A stretch of DNA of 64,000 bases from an uncultured Candidatus Saccharibacteria bacterium (GTDB taxonomy: Bacteria > Patescibacteriota > Minisyncoccia > Phycocordibacterales > CAIRYW01), in NCBI GenBank assembly GCA_964487135.1, contig CAZAOU010000002.1:934-64933 (forward strand), written 5' to 3'. Below, one piece after another: positions 9,320 through 18,920 of this stretch. The position numbers and the translations under genes were made by a program. Numbering within the stretch: position 1 is the first letter of the stretch; each line of letters opens with the position of its first letter. The notes under the pieces are model-generated. The model worked only from the letters and a program-made list of their open reading frames with translations. It was not told the origin of the DNA and did no database searches.

Positions 9320-10411
9320 GTGAAAAAAACTGTTGATAAAACATTTCTTGTGAGTGTAATTACACTAAGTGTTGCTGGATTATTTATCTTTGCATCAGCA
9401 TCTCTTGGAATACTGGCAAAAAACAAAGAGCAGTTTGTCGCCATAGCAACAAATCAGGTTCTGCTTGGTTTTGTTTTGGGTATGATTGCTCTAACAGTAA
9501 CGTCCCACATTCCTTATGAAATATGGAGAAAATACTCTCTGGCACTTTTTATATCTGCTTTTGTTCTTTCGCTTTTAGTTTTTGTCCCAGGAATAGGAGT
9601 GCGCCATGGTGGAGCACTTAGGTGGATAGATTTAGGCTTTACATCATTTCAACCAAGTGAAGCATTAAAAATTGGATACATCATTTACATAGCAGCGATA
9701 CTTTCAAAATACAAAGACAAAGTAGAAAAAGCACGATACGGCCTACTTCCATTTGTGGTAATTACTGGTTTGGTAGGAACATCTCTTCTGCTTGAGCCTG
9801 ATAACGATACTTTTTTTATGACTTTTCTTGCTGGAATTTCTATGTTCATAGTTGCAGGAGCAAGAATAAAACATCTTGTATACCTTGGACTTATTGGTGT
9901 TATAGGTATAGGAGCAATTATTTATACAAGACCATATGTAAAAGACAGAATTATGACTTTTCTTGATCCCGCCAAAAACCCTCTTTCATCTGGCTACCAA
10001 GTTCAACAATCTCAAATAGCCATAGGTTCTGGAGGCATTTTAGGTAAGGGATTTGGACAAAGCACCCAAAAGTTTGGATTTCTCCCTGAACCCATTGGGG
10101 ACTCAATTTTTGCCGTTTTAAGCGAAGAATTCGGCTTTGTAGGAGGGAGCACCCTTATTATCCTATTCATTTTGTTTGCCTTAAGGGGCCTAAAAATAGC
10201 CTCGGGAAGCACGGATATGTTTGGTAGACTCTTGGCCACAGGAATTGTTATAATTATCGTGTCGGGGTCGTTTATGAATATTGCTTCAATGATAGGTATT
10301 ATGCCTCTTTCAGGAACGCCTTTATTGTTCGTAAGCCACGGCGGAACCGCACTTCTCATAGCTCTTGCTGAGGTTGGAATTATTCTTAATATTTCGCGTA
10401 AAAAACGCTAA
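9320..10411 (+). CDS. ftsW: SEDS peptidoglycan glycosyltransferase FtsW
   Basis: GALRWI, FQPSEALK, LPEPIGDSIFA, PLLFVSHGGT; between mraY and murG. Confidence 0.92.
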   Translation: MKKTVDKTFLVSVITLSVAGLFIFASASLGILAKNKEQFVAIATNQVLLGFVLGMIALTVTSHIPYEIWRKYSLALFISAFVLSLLVFVPGIGVRHGGALRWIDLGFTSFQPSEALKIGYIIYIAAILSKYKDKVEKARYGLLPFVVITGLVGTSLLLEPDNDTFFMTFLAGISMFIVAGARIKHLVYLGLIGVIGIGAIIYTRPYVKDRIMTFLDPAKNPLSSGYQVQQSQIAIGSGGILGKGFGQSTQKFGFLPEPIGDSIFAVLSEEFGFVGGSTLIILFILFALRGLKIASGSTDMFGRLLATGIVIIIVSGSFMNIASMIGIMPLSGTPLLFVSHGGTALLIALAEVGIILNISRKKR

Positions 10412-10418
10412 AACTAAA

Positions 10419-11549
10419 ATGAAAGTAGTATTTTGTGGGGGAGGCTCTGGGGGCCACTTCTATCCAATAATAGCCATAGCCGAGGCCATAAGAGATGTGG
10501 CTCACAAAAACAAATTGCTTCAAGCAAAACTGTATTATCTTGCACCCGATCCATACGATGAAGGAATGCTTTTTGATAATGAAATAGAATTTGTAAAAAT
10601 AAGAGCAGGAAAAATGCGACGTTATTTTTCTATAGCTAATTTTATTGATTCCATAAAAACAGCTTTCGGATTTATAGAAGCAATTATAAAAATATTTTTT
10701 ATATTTCCTGATGTAATTGTGAGTAAGGGAGGAATGATGAGTTTACCCGTTGTTGTTGCTGGTAGAATTTTAGGAATTCCTGTAATTATTCATGAAAGTG
10801 ATTCTGTCCCGGGACGAGCAAATTTGTTTGCATCAAAATTTGCAAAAAAAATTGCGCTTTCATTTAGCGAAGCAGGAGAATATTTTGATCAATCCAAAAC
10901 AGCTCTGACCGGAAATCCTATAAGAAAAGAACTGCTAAATCCTATTTCAGAGGGTGCCAGAGAATTTTTACATCTTGAAGATAATACTCCAGTACTTTTT
11001 ATTCTTGGAGGATCAGGTGGTGCAAAAAAAATAAACGACACAATACTTGATGCTTTGCCAGAATTAATCAAAACATTTGAAATAATTCATCAAACAGGAA
11101 AAGTTAATTTTAAAGAGGTCTCCGAAACAGCCAGCGTGTCACTAGAAACAAATGTTCACGAGCATAGATATCACCCTTTTGATTACTTAAACACTTTAAG
11201 CGAAAGAATGGTAGCAGGAGTCGCAACACTTATAATATCGCGAGGAGGTTCGCAATTATTTGAAATAGCTGCATGGGGAATACCCTCAATAATTATTCCT
11301 ATAACAGACTCAAACGGCGATCACCAAAGAAAAAACTCTTTCAATTATGCACGAAGTGGCGCCGCCGTTGTTATAGAAGAAAATAACCTAACACCCGAAA
11401 TATTACTTTCAGAAATTGATTTTTTAATGAAAAGCCCTGAAAAACAAAAACAAATGAGTGAAGCAGCAAGAAATTTTGCAAAGACCGATGCCGCATATAA
11501 AATCGCTGAACAAATAATTTCTATATCACTACAACATGAGCACTCCTAA
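10419..11549 (+). CDS. murG: Undecaprenyl-PP-MurNAc-pentapeptide GlcNAc transferase
   Basis: GGGSGGHFYP, HESDSVPGRAN, GNPIR, GGSGGA, HQRKNS. Confidence 0.95.
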   Translation: MKVVFCGGGSGGHFYPIIAIAEAIRDVAHKNKLLQAKLYYLAPDPYDEGMLFDNEIEFVKIRAGKMRRYFSIANFIDSIKTAFGFIEAIIKIFFIFPDVIVSKGGMMSLPVVVAGRILGIPVIIHESDSVPGRANLFASKFAKKIALSFSEAGEYFDQSKTALTGNPIRKELLNPISEGAREFLHLEDNTPVLFILGGSGGAKKINDTILDALPELIKTFEIIHQTGKVNFKEVSETASVSLETNVHEHRYHPFDYLNTLSERMVAGVATLIISRGGSQLFEIAAWGIPSIIIPITDSNGDHQRKNSFNYARSGAAVVIEENNLTPEILLSEIDFLMKSPEKQKQMSEAARNFAKTDAAYKIAEQIISISLQHEHS

Positions 11550-12990
11550 AAAAGTAGTAACAAGATTCGCACCAAGTCCAACAGGATTTATGCATATAGG
11601 AGGGGCTAGAACCGCTCTTTTTGCTTGGGCATTTGCTCGCAAAAATAAAGGAACTTTTATATTGCGTATAGAAGATACAGACAAAAAAAGGGAAGTAGAA
11701 GGATCAATTTCTCATATTATCGAATCTCTAAAATGGTTGAAAATAAATTGGGATGAAGGTCCTGACATAGGTGGTCCCAACGCCCCTTATCTACAATCAG
11801 AAAGGCTTAGTTCGTACAAAAAATATGCACAAATTTTAGTAGACAAAGGTCTAGCTTATGCTGATCCTTATACACCAGAAGAATTGGAACGGTTTAGAAA
11901 ACAAGCTGAGGAATCAAAAAAACCCTTTCTTTATAGAAACCACAGACCAGAAAATCCTCCAACATGGGATGGTACCAAACCTTTAAGATTTAAAAATACA
12001 AATATTTGCGAGAGATCGTGGAATGATCTTGTAAGAGGAAATTTAAAAGCTGGGGTTGATGCTCTGGATGATATTATTTTGATAAAAAGCGATGGTTACC
12101 CAACATACAATTTTGCTCACATAATTGATGATTTAGAAATGGGAGTTACACACATTTTTAGAGCTGATGAATTTATATCATCGGTTCCAAATTATCTATC
12201 ATTATATGAAGCTCTAGAAATAGAGAGACCTGAATTTGTTACACTTCCTCCGATAATGGGTCCGGATGGAAATAAAAAATTAGGAAAAAGAGACGGGGCA
12301 AAAGATTTGCTTGATTATAAAAAGGAAGGATATTTACCTGACGCTGTTCGTAATTTTTTGGCATTTATAGGATGGAACCCAGGAGATAATCGTGAAATAT
12401 TGAGTAAAGAAGAGTTTATAGATTCATTTAGTATTGAAGGAATTCAAACTGGCGGAGGAAAATTTAATGAAGAGAAGCTACAGTGGTTTAACAGAGAATA
12501 CATAAAAAATGTTCCAAAATCTTTGGCTCTAGAAAAAATAAAAGAATTTGTTCCTAAAAACATTAACAACGACACTGTTTTAGAAAAATTAGTTCCAGTT
12601 ATTATTGAGAGAATAAACACATGGAACGATGTAGATAAACTCTGGCAAGAAGAATTTAATTTATTTTTTTCAGAACCCTCAGTACAAAAAGAGAATCTAA
12701 TTTGTGGAGAAAAAATGAGAAAAGGTGTTAATGTAAATTTTGAAGATATAAAAAGACACCTTGAATACATAATTGAAAAAATAAATCTATTAAAAGATTC
12801 TTTTAATCCTGAGGATGTAAAAAATATCCTATGGGATTATGCAACACAAGAGGGGAGAGGGATTGTTTTGTGGACTATGAGATATGCCCTATCAGGAAAA
12901 GAAAAATCCCCAGACCCTTTTGTTATCACTTATGTATTGGGAAAAAATGAGACAATTAATAGACTTTCCCATGCCAAAGAACTTTTATAA
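11536..12990 (+). CDS. gltX: Glutamate--tRNA ligase
   Basis: RFAPSPTGFMHIGG, LRIEDTD, KLGKRDG. Confidence 0.96.
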   Translation: MSTPKKVVTRFAPSPTGFMHIGGARTALFAWAFARKNKGTFILRIEDTDKKREVEGSISHIIESLKWLKINWDEGPDIGGPNAPYLQSERLSSYKKYAQILVDKGLAYADPYTPEELERFRKQAEESKKPFLYRNHRPENPPTWDGTKPLRFKNTNICERSWNDLVRGNLKAGVDALDDIILIKSDGYPTYNFAHIIDDLEMGVTHIFRADEFISSVPNYLSLYEALEIERPEFVTLPPIMGPDGNKKLGKRDGAKDLLDYKKEGYLPDAVRNFLAFIGWNPGDNREILSKEEFIDSFSIEGIQTGGGKFNEEKLQWFNREYIKNVPKSLALEKIKEFVPKNINNDTVLEKLVPVIIERINTWNDVDKLWQEEFNLFFSEPSVQKENLICGEKMRKGVNVNFEDIKRHLEYIIEKINLLKDSFNPEDVKNILWDYATQEGRGIVLWTMRYALSGKEKSPDPFVITYVLGKNETINRLSHAKELL

Positions 12991-14275
12991 AAAAAATAAA
13001 AAAATATCCCAAATACTAACAATCACAATATTGGCAATTTTGTTTTTTCCATTTCAATCAAATGCTTCAATAATTGACACAATAAAAGATAAGATAAAAA
13101 ATCGCGCCGAAGATATAAAACAACTAGAGCAAGATATAAAAAAATATACAGAAAACCTGAATGAAACAAAAGCCGAAAAACAAACACTGCAAAAAGATAT
13201 TTCTGAACTAACAAACACCAAGAAAAAACTTGATACAAATATTAAAACTACAGAAAAAGACATCTCCAAAACAACTTCCAATATACTTACACTGCAAGAA
13301 GAAATAGACGATAAAGAAGAAAGAATTGCTTTATTAGCTCGTTCTTTGTCTTCATCTTTTGAAAACCTACATCAAGAGGAATCAAGAGATCCGATAGAAA
13401 TCATGCTCTCAGATAGTAATGGACTAGCAGGCCTTGGAGAACTTATAGAAACTTCTGACAAATTTCATGGATCAATAAGCGACACTCGAAATGAACTAAA
13501 AGATCTTAGAGAGTCATTAAAATCAAAAAAACTAGAGGCCGAGGGAAAGAAGAAAACTTTGACCAATCTTAAAAACGAATTATCTGGACAAAAAAAATCA
13601 GTAGTAGAAACAGAAAATCAAAAAACTCAGTTACTTTCAGTAACAAAAAACAAAGAATCAAACTATCAAAAAATTTTAGAAGAAAAAATGAGATTGCGTG
13701 AAGAATTTGAAAAAGAATTATTTGATTTGGAATCAAGTCTTAAAGTTGCAATTGATCCATCAAAATATCCTGAAGCCAACAGAAATGTATTATCTTGGCC
13801 ATTACAAAATGTCTACATAACCCAACAGTTTGGTGCGACAGTTGCAGCAAAAAGACTATATGTATCTGGATCACACAATGGTATAGACCTTAGAGCGTCT
13901 GATGGAACCAAAGTTATGTCAGCACTTTCTGGAAGTGTTGAAGCCACCGGAAACACTGACATAATAAAAGGTTGTTATTCCTATGGAAAATGGATTCTAA
14001 TAAAACATCCGAACGGACTATCTACAATATACGGACACCTATCATCAATTGCCGTCTCAGCAGGAGATACAGTATCAACTGGAGACACGATAGGTTATAG
14101 CGGGAGAACCGGTTATGTAACAGGACCACATTTACACCTTTCTCTTGCCGCCTCTCAAGGTGTTAAAGTTATGGCAATCCCGTATAGTAAAAGCAAAAGT
14201 TGTGGAGGGGCAGTTATTCCTATTGCAGACCCAAGCGCATTTCTAGATCCTATTCAATATTTACCAAGACAATAA
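12971..14275 (+). CDS. Coiled-coil M23 family peptidase (EnvC/murein hydrolase-like)
   Basis: Signal/TM, long coiled coil, HNGIDL, YGHLS, TGPHLH. Confidence 0.88.
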   Translation: MPKNFYKKNKKISQILTITILAILFFPFQSNASIIDTIKDKIKNRAEDIKQLEQDIKKYTENLNETKAEKQTLQKDISELTNTKKKLDTNIKTTEKDISKTTSNILTLQEEIDDKEERIALLARSLSSSFENLHQEESRDPIEIMLSDSNGLAGLGELIETSDKFHGSISDTRNELKDLRESLKSKKLEAEGKKKTLTNLKNELSGQKKSVVETENQKTQLLSVTKNKESNYQKILEEKMRLREEFEKELFDLESSLKVAIDPSKYPEANRNVLSWPLQNVYITQQFGATVAAKRLYVSGSHNGIDLRASDGTKVMSALSGSVEATGNTDIIKGCYSYGKWILIKHPNGLSTIYGHLSSIAVSAGDTVSTGDTIGYSGRTGYVTGPHLHLSLAASQGVKVMAIPYSKSKSCGGAVIPIADPSAFLDPIQYLPRQ

Positions 14276-14299
14276 ATTATTAGATGTTATAATTTTTAT

Positions 14300-14542
14300 A
14301 TGAAATCACAACAAGGTTTTGTAAAAACAATTATTCTTATTGTAATAGCACTAATTGTATTAAAATTTGTTTTTGGAATAAGTTTATCTGACATAATAAA
14401 TAGCCGAATCATAAAAGATATTATAGAAATATTAAGAATGCTTCTAAAACTTTTGTGGGAAGCACTGACGACAACGCTAGATTTTATAAAATTAGTTTTA
14501 ATGAAAGGTAGAGAATTTCTACAAAGTATCCCCACAAAATAG
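14300..14542 (+). CDS. Small membrane protein
   Basis: QQGF followed by hydrophobic helix; TATAAT just upstream. Confidence 0.6.
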   Translation: MKSQQGFVKTIILIVIALIVLKFVFGISLSDIINSRIIKDIIEILRMLLKLLWEALTTTLDFIKLVLMKGREFLQSIPTK

Positions 14543-14594
14543 TTTCTAAATAGTTTCTTGCTTTTTAAAAGGCAAGAACTATACTTGATCCGAA

Positions 14595-14735
14595 ATGATT
14601 GATCCGAACACAGAACCAACTTCGTCTTTACCACCAAGAATTTCTGTTGCAGATGACGACGGGGAAGAACCTCTTGAGGAAAGTCTTAAAGGGAAGGAAG
14701 AGGCACCCTTAAGCGACGCGCAAGACGAAGACTAA
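14595..14735 (+). CDS. Small acidic peptide (46 aa, MIDPNTEPTSSLPPRISVADDDGEEPLEESLKGKEEAPLSDAQDED)
   Basis: Below ORF-track cutoff; TTGCTT…TATACT upstream and hairpin/T-run downstream. Confidence 0.5.
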   Translation: MIDPNTEPTSSLPPRISVADDDGEEPLEESLKGKEEAPLSDAQDED

Positions 14736-14794
14736 GGCAAGAAATAATCATCTTGACCTTATTTTTTTATTTTAATTAATAATTTACAATTCTA

Positions 14795-15354
14795 ATATAT
14801 TGTGCGACATGATTTTATTTTATGAAAAATAATAAATGGATCTTCTTTGATTGGGGTCGAACACTTCACGACCCTGACACTAAACACCTTTTTCCAGAAA
14901 CTTTAGATATTATTTCCCATTGTAAATCTAAAAACTATAAACTTGGAATAATTTCTTTAGCAAAACACCAAAGCGGTCAAACCAAAGAAGAAAGAACGCA
15001 AACAATTCAATCTTTTAACTTAAAACCTTATTTTGACTTCATAGAAGTAACAGATCAAAGTAAAGAGGATCTATACAAGGAGTTAATAGCTAAATTTAAG
15101 ATAAAAGCTAAAGACCTAACAGTTGTAGACGACAGAACCATAAGAGGTATTGCTTGGGGAAATAAATTTGGTGCAAAAACTATTTGGCTTAAGAGGGGAA
15201 AATTTTCTGAAGAATTGCCAAATGAAGGTACTGGTAATCCAACCCACACCATAAAAAATCTTCTGGAACTTAGGGAAGTGCTTTAACAACAATAAGTATT
15301 AGCTAAGGGCTTCTTCCTATATATTAGCATTACCAAAGATATATTGTGCGACAT
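14795..15354. repeat. 16-bp direct repeat ATATATTGTGCGACAT flanking the HAD gene
   Basis: Identical copies at 14795-14810 and 15339-15354. Confidence 0.75.
14822..15286 (+). CDS. HAD-family hydrolase
   Basis: FFDWGRTL motif I variant, VVDDR motif IV, GAKTIWL. Confidence 0.8.
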   Translation: MKNNKWIFFDWGRTLHDPDTKHLFPETLDIISHCKSKNYKLGIISLAKHQSGQTKEERTQTIQSFNLKPYFDFIEVTDQSKEDLYKELIAKFKIKAKDLTVVDDRTIRGIAWGNKFGAKTIWLKRGKFSEELPNEGTGNPTHTIKNLLELREVL

Positions 15355-15530
15355 ACATAGTATCTTCCCCTGAGCATTAAAATATTCAATAAAAGACCTG
15401 TGCTCTCTCTAAAACTTGATCATTAAATAAACTATTTTTGTTTAAAAAAAATCAAAGAAAATATATTTTATAAATTTAATACAAAAAAAATACCGATTTC
15501 GCAGAAAAATTCTACTTATCGGCCTTTGAA

Positions 15531-15908
15531 TCATCGAGTTTTGATGTAGCCACGCTTCTTTTTGATAGTCGGCTCTTTTCGGTTACGCCTATAACCACTT
15601 TTTGGTGGGAAAGCCTTGTCAATCCACTGATTTAGGCATTCAGGTCTAACCTTGATGCGGCCTGTTTCAGGAATAGTTACCACAAAAACCTCCTGTGGCA
15701 CGCAAACTTGTAGATGTTGCCAGTCTGACAACCCAGCCATAGTTCTGCGACAGCTCATCAGATCCTTTACGTTAACCTCCACCCTACCTCGATTGGGAAC
15801 TTCTAAAATCAATACACAGGTCACCATTCTCGACAACGCCTTTATATGGCCATTCTGAACCATCCCAACTCGACATTCCACAACAGGAACAATTTTTTTG
15901 TATTCCAT
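15531..15908 (-). CDS. Hypothetical protein
   Basis: 125-aa GC-richer ORF with a downstream hairpin/T-run. Confidence 0.55.
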   Translation of the reverse strand: MEYKKIVPVVECRVGMVQNGHIKALSRMVTCVLILEVPNRGRVEVNVKDLMSCRRTMAGLSDWQHLQVCVPQEVFVVTIPETGRIKVRPECLNQWIDKAFPPKSGYRRNRKEPTIKKKRGYIKTR

Positions 15909-15985
15909 AAAACTTCATTACCATGATTTCATGGATATAAAATTTTGTAAATTAATTTCAGACAAAGTGATAGAATATAAGCAAT

Positions 15986-17065
15986 ATGCACTCGTGGAAA
16001 TTTTATACAAATACTGCCGAAGCCTGGGAAGCAATGCTAGAGGCTTTAGAAAATGCAAAACACTCAATAGATCTTGAACAATATATATTTTACCTTGATG
16101 GAATAGGTTTAAAGTTTATAGATGTATTAAAAAGGCGTGCTTTGGATGGTATTTCTATAAGAGTTATATGCGACGGAGTTGGAAGTTACAGTATCTACAG
16201 AAGCAATATTCCTGAAGAATTAAGAGATCTTGGAATAAAATTTAGAATATTTAATCCTCTCCTGCCTTGGAGCCCAAACAACGAATCATGGTGGTATTTT
16301 AGAGATCACCAAAAACTTTTAATCATTGATGGAGTGATTGGCTTTACAGGAGGAATTTGCCTTGGCGAAGAAATGAAGGGTTGGCGCGAAAGCCATGTAA
16401 AAATAATAGGTCCTGCAGTTGAAGAAATGAGTAAGAGTTTTGAGCTCATGTGGCAAAAACAATACCGTAAACCACGGTACTTAATTAACAGAGCAAAGAA
16501 AGAATTTTTGATGCGACCGGAAAAAGAGTTTAGCTATGTCACAAACTATCCAATACCCGGAAAAAGATTCATGTATTATGAGCTTTTAAGAGCTATACGA
16601 AAGGCAAAAAGATACATCTATATTACCACTCCGTATTTTTTACCTGACAGGAAGTTATTAAAATCTATAAAAAAGGCGGTTCGCAGAAGAGTAGATGTTA
16701 AACTTTTAATTCCCTTTTCACCCAATCATACTTTGGCCGACATCGGAGCTAAAACTTTTTTTACAGAAGTTCTGGAAGCTAATGTAAAAATTTTTAGATA
16801 TCGATCAATGATACATTCAAAGACGGTTGTGATTGACGACTCATGGTCAACAATTGGAAGTCTAAATCTTGATAACTTAAGTCTTAAATATAATTTTGAA
16901 GCCAATCTAGTTAGCTTAAACAAAGAATTTGCCCTAGAACTTAAGAGTCAATTTATGAAAGATCTTTCATACACTGGAGAATTAACCCTAAGAGAATGGG
17001 ACAAGAGAGGTCTAAAAGAAAAAATCCTTGAATTTCTAATATTTCCGTTCCGAAAGCTAATTTAA
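15986..17065 (+). CDS. Cardiolipin synthase-like phospholipase D (ClsB-like, no N-terminal TM)
   Basis: Two HKD motifs: RDHQKLLIIDG and IHSKTVVIDD; GSLNLD. Confidence 0.9.
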   Translation: MHSWKFYTNTAEAWEAMLEALENAKHSIDLEQYIFYLDGIGLKFIDVLKRRALDGISIRVICDGVGSYSIYRSNIPEELRDLGIKFRIFNPLLPWSPNNESWWYFRDHQKLLIIDGVIGFTGGICLGEEMKGWRESHVKIIGPAVEEMSKSFELMWQKQYRKPRYLINRAKKEFLMRPEKEFSYVTNYPIPGKRFMYYELLRAIRKAKRYIYITTPYFLPDRKLLKSIKKAVRRRVDVKLLIPFSPNHTLADIGAKTFFTEVLEANVKIFRYRSMIHSKTVVIDDSWSTIGSLNLDNLSLKYNFEANLVSLNKEFALELKSQFMKDLSYTGELTLREWDKRGLKEKILEFLIFPFRKLI

Positions 17066-17076
17066 AATAAACAAAA

Positions 17077-17105
17077 AAACTACCCCCTATTATAGGGGGT
17101 AGTTT
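17077..17105. terminator. Bidirectional terminator between convergent genes
   Basis: AAACTACCCCCTAT-T-ATAGGGGGTAGTTT. Confidence 0.75.
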
Positions 17106-17110
17106 CAATA

Positions 17111-17566
17111 TTATTTGACCGCAACAAGATTCGATCGCTTAGCCCAACATGGAGAAGAAGACTTCCATGGTGCTGCTCCCTGCTTCTCAAAGAGATATCT
17201 TGCATATTTAAGATTTCCCTCGAGAGTAAAGATATCCAGACCCATTTTCTTTGAATCTTCCAAGTGATACATTGTATTAATCTGCATCACTCCTACATCG
17301 TTTGGGTTCACTAAACCCCTAAATATAGTTCCATCTGAATTTGTTTGTCTCATTCTAGATTCGCACCATGCGATATCGTCCATGAGAGGAATGTCGCTAA
17401 AATAATTTTCAACAACTTCTCTTACCGTCTTACCTGATCCGACTTCCGGATCTTTGTAACTTCTTTCTATCTGTGAAGGTGCACTTGTTGCTGTCGCTGT
17501 GATCTCTGTCTCTACTTTTATTGTTCCTGAAGCTAAGAGACTAAGACCTGCAATGATTTCTATAAT
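17111..17566 (-). CDS. Secreted lysozyme-like lytic transglycosylase (SLT/Rpf-like); start uncertain (ATT 17566 or TTG 17644)
   Basis: IAWCES catalytic Glu, GVMQIN, GAAPW; hydrophobic signal-like segment begins at IIEIIAGLSLL. Confidence 0.75.
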   Translation of the reverse strand: MIEIIAGLSLLASGTIKVETEITATATSAPSQIERSYKDPEVGSGKTVREVVENYFSDIPLMDDIAWCESRMRQTNSDGTIFRGLVNPNDVGVMQINTMYHLEDSKKMGLDIFTLEGNLKYARYLFEKQGAAPWKSSSPCWAKRSNLVAVK

Positions 17567-17675
17567 AAGCCTATTCTTAGATTGTAATCTACGCGTCCAT
17601 TTCGGTTTGTCTTTTTTAAAAAAAGACCGTGCGTAGTTGCACAATTTAAATGACCAGAGGATATCTGGTCGGGGT
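17567..17675 (-). ncRNA. Candidate structured cis-regulatory 5' leader
   Basis: Nested helices downstream of TTGACT-N17-TATTAT promoter; see findings. Confidence 0.5.
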
Positions 17676-17736
17676 ATATAATAGCATTTTTGGATTAAAA
17701 AGTCAACGACAAAATGGAAAAAATCATATTAAAGTA

Positions 17737-17771
17737 GCCAGAAAATCCTTATTTTATAAGGATTTTCTGGC
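17737..17771. terminator. Hairpin (16-bp stem), probable terminator for the exonuclease gene
   Basis: GCCAGAAAATCCTTAT-TTT-ATAAGGATTTTCTGGC. Confidence 0.55.
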
Positions 17772-17860
17772 ATATGGGGTTGACGCAATATACACAAATA
17801 TTGCATAATTTTTAATAAAAACCCATCACCCCAACTTCCTAGCTACATTTTAGAAATATA

Positions 17861-18445
17861 TTAAAAAGGAACCTCAAATTTTTTGTAAGAATCGTAAAAA
17901 TTCTTACCGAAAAACAATCTATAAAATGCCTCTGCTTCTATCCTAGCCCCATTTATTGCAATATGAGGATGAGATTCTGGAGGTATGCCGACGTATTCCA
18001 TAATTTTATCTGAATTTAAGTCTGATCTATTATGTGAAATTGGAGGTTTAATTCCCCTCTGCAACATATGGGAGACACATACACTATGCAAATCTATAAT
18101 TCTTTTTGGTATTGAAAAATTCAATCTAACCCTCTCAGAAGCGGCAATAATAAAACCCGTATCAAAGTGTGGATTTTGTCCCGCAACAGTATGATCTAAG
18201 ACTCCACTCATCCAATTTAAAAAATCTTTCACTATTTCTCCTTCGGTTTTTTTGGAAGAGTCATTTATTTGTTCTTCAGTAAAACCGTTTACAGAGAGTG
18301 CCTCTTTGGCAACATGGGCACCATCAAAAGCGCGACATTCCATATAAAATTCATTTTTAGGATTATCAAAATCTAAAGCCCCTATTGAAAGGATACTGTG
18401 ATACCTAGAATCTGACCCTGTTGTTTCTACATCTACTACGATCAT
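17861..18445 (-). CDS. DEDDh 3'-5' exonuclease (DnaQ/RNase T-like)
   Basis: VVDVETTG, AGQNPHFD, HPHIAINGA. Confidence 0.88.
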   Translation of the reverse strand: MIVVDVETTGSDSRYHSILSIGALDFDNPKNEFYMECRAFDGAHVAKEALSVNGFTEEQINDSSKKTEGEIVKDFLNWMSGVLDHTVAGQNPHFDTGFIIAASERVRLNFSIPKRIIDLHSVCVSHMLQRGIKPPISHNRSDLNSDKIMEYVGIPPESHPHIAINGARIEAEAFYRLFFGKNFYDSYKKFEVPF

Positions 18446-18484
18446 AAAATAAGTTTAATAGTTTTTAGTTGAGAGTTGATAGAG

Positions 18485-18889
18485 TTATTTACAACCTGAT
18501 GCCAAAGTGTAACCCGCCTTCTTGGCTTCTTCTTCACTTTTAAAGTATATCTTATTTTTTGCAGAAATTCTGTTTGCACCAGAACAATATGAAAAGTAGT
18601 ATCTAGTGCCATTTTTTGATGCTGTAATCTGGAGATTATTGTCTTTAGCATCTTGGGCCTTGAGCGTTTCTTTAGCAAAAGCCGTCTGGCTTTCCTTAGG
18701 AATTTTAAGCAAACCGGATGACAAATTTGATGAGTTTTTATAGTCTTTTTCCTCTAAGACAGATATTCTCCCTATCTCAAAACTAGAAAAAGCCACCAGA
18801 ATAACAATAATAGAGAGCCAAATCTCTCTTTTGTTATCCTGCCAAAAGGTCTTGATTTTTAATGAATATTCTTCTATAATCTTCCCCAT
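18485..18889 (-). CDS. Membrane-anchored protein with C-terminal Ada metal-binding-like domain
   Basis: TM then ASKNGTRYYFSYC…FKSEEEAKKAGY. Confidence 0.75.
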   Translation of the reverse strand: MGKIIEEYSLKIKTFWQDNKREIWLSIIVILVAFSSFEIGRISVLEEKDYKNSSNLSSGLLKIPKESQTAFAKETLKAQDAKDNNLQITASKNGTRYYFSYCSGANRISAKNKIYFKSEEEAKKAGYTLASGCK

Positions 18890-18920
18890 ACCTTAATTAA
18901 CATTATAGAACATAAATTAA

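Noticed and set aside
17567-17675. c-di-AMP (ydaO) riboswitch
   Set aside because: The conserved GCTGAA, GGGGGA and GACAGCTAAC-type segments are not present.
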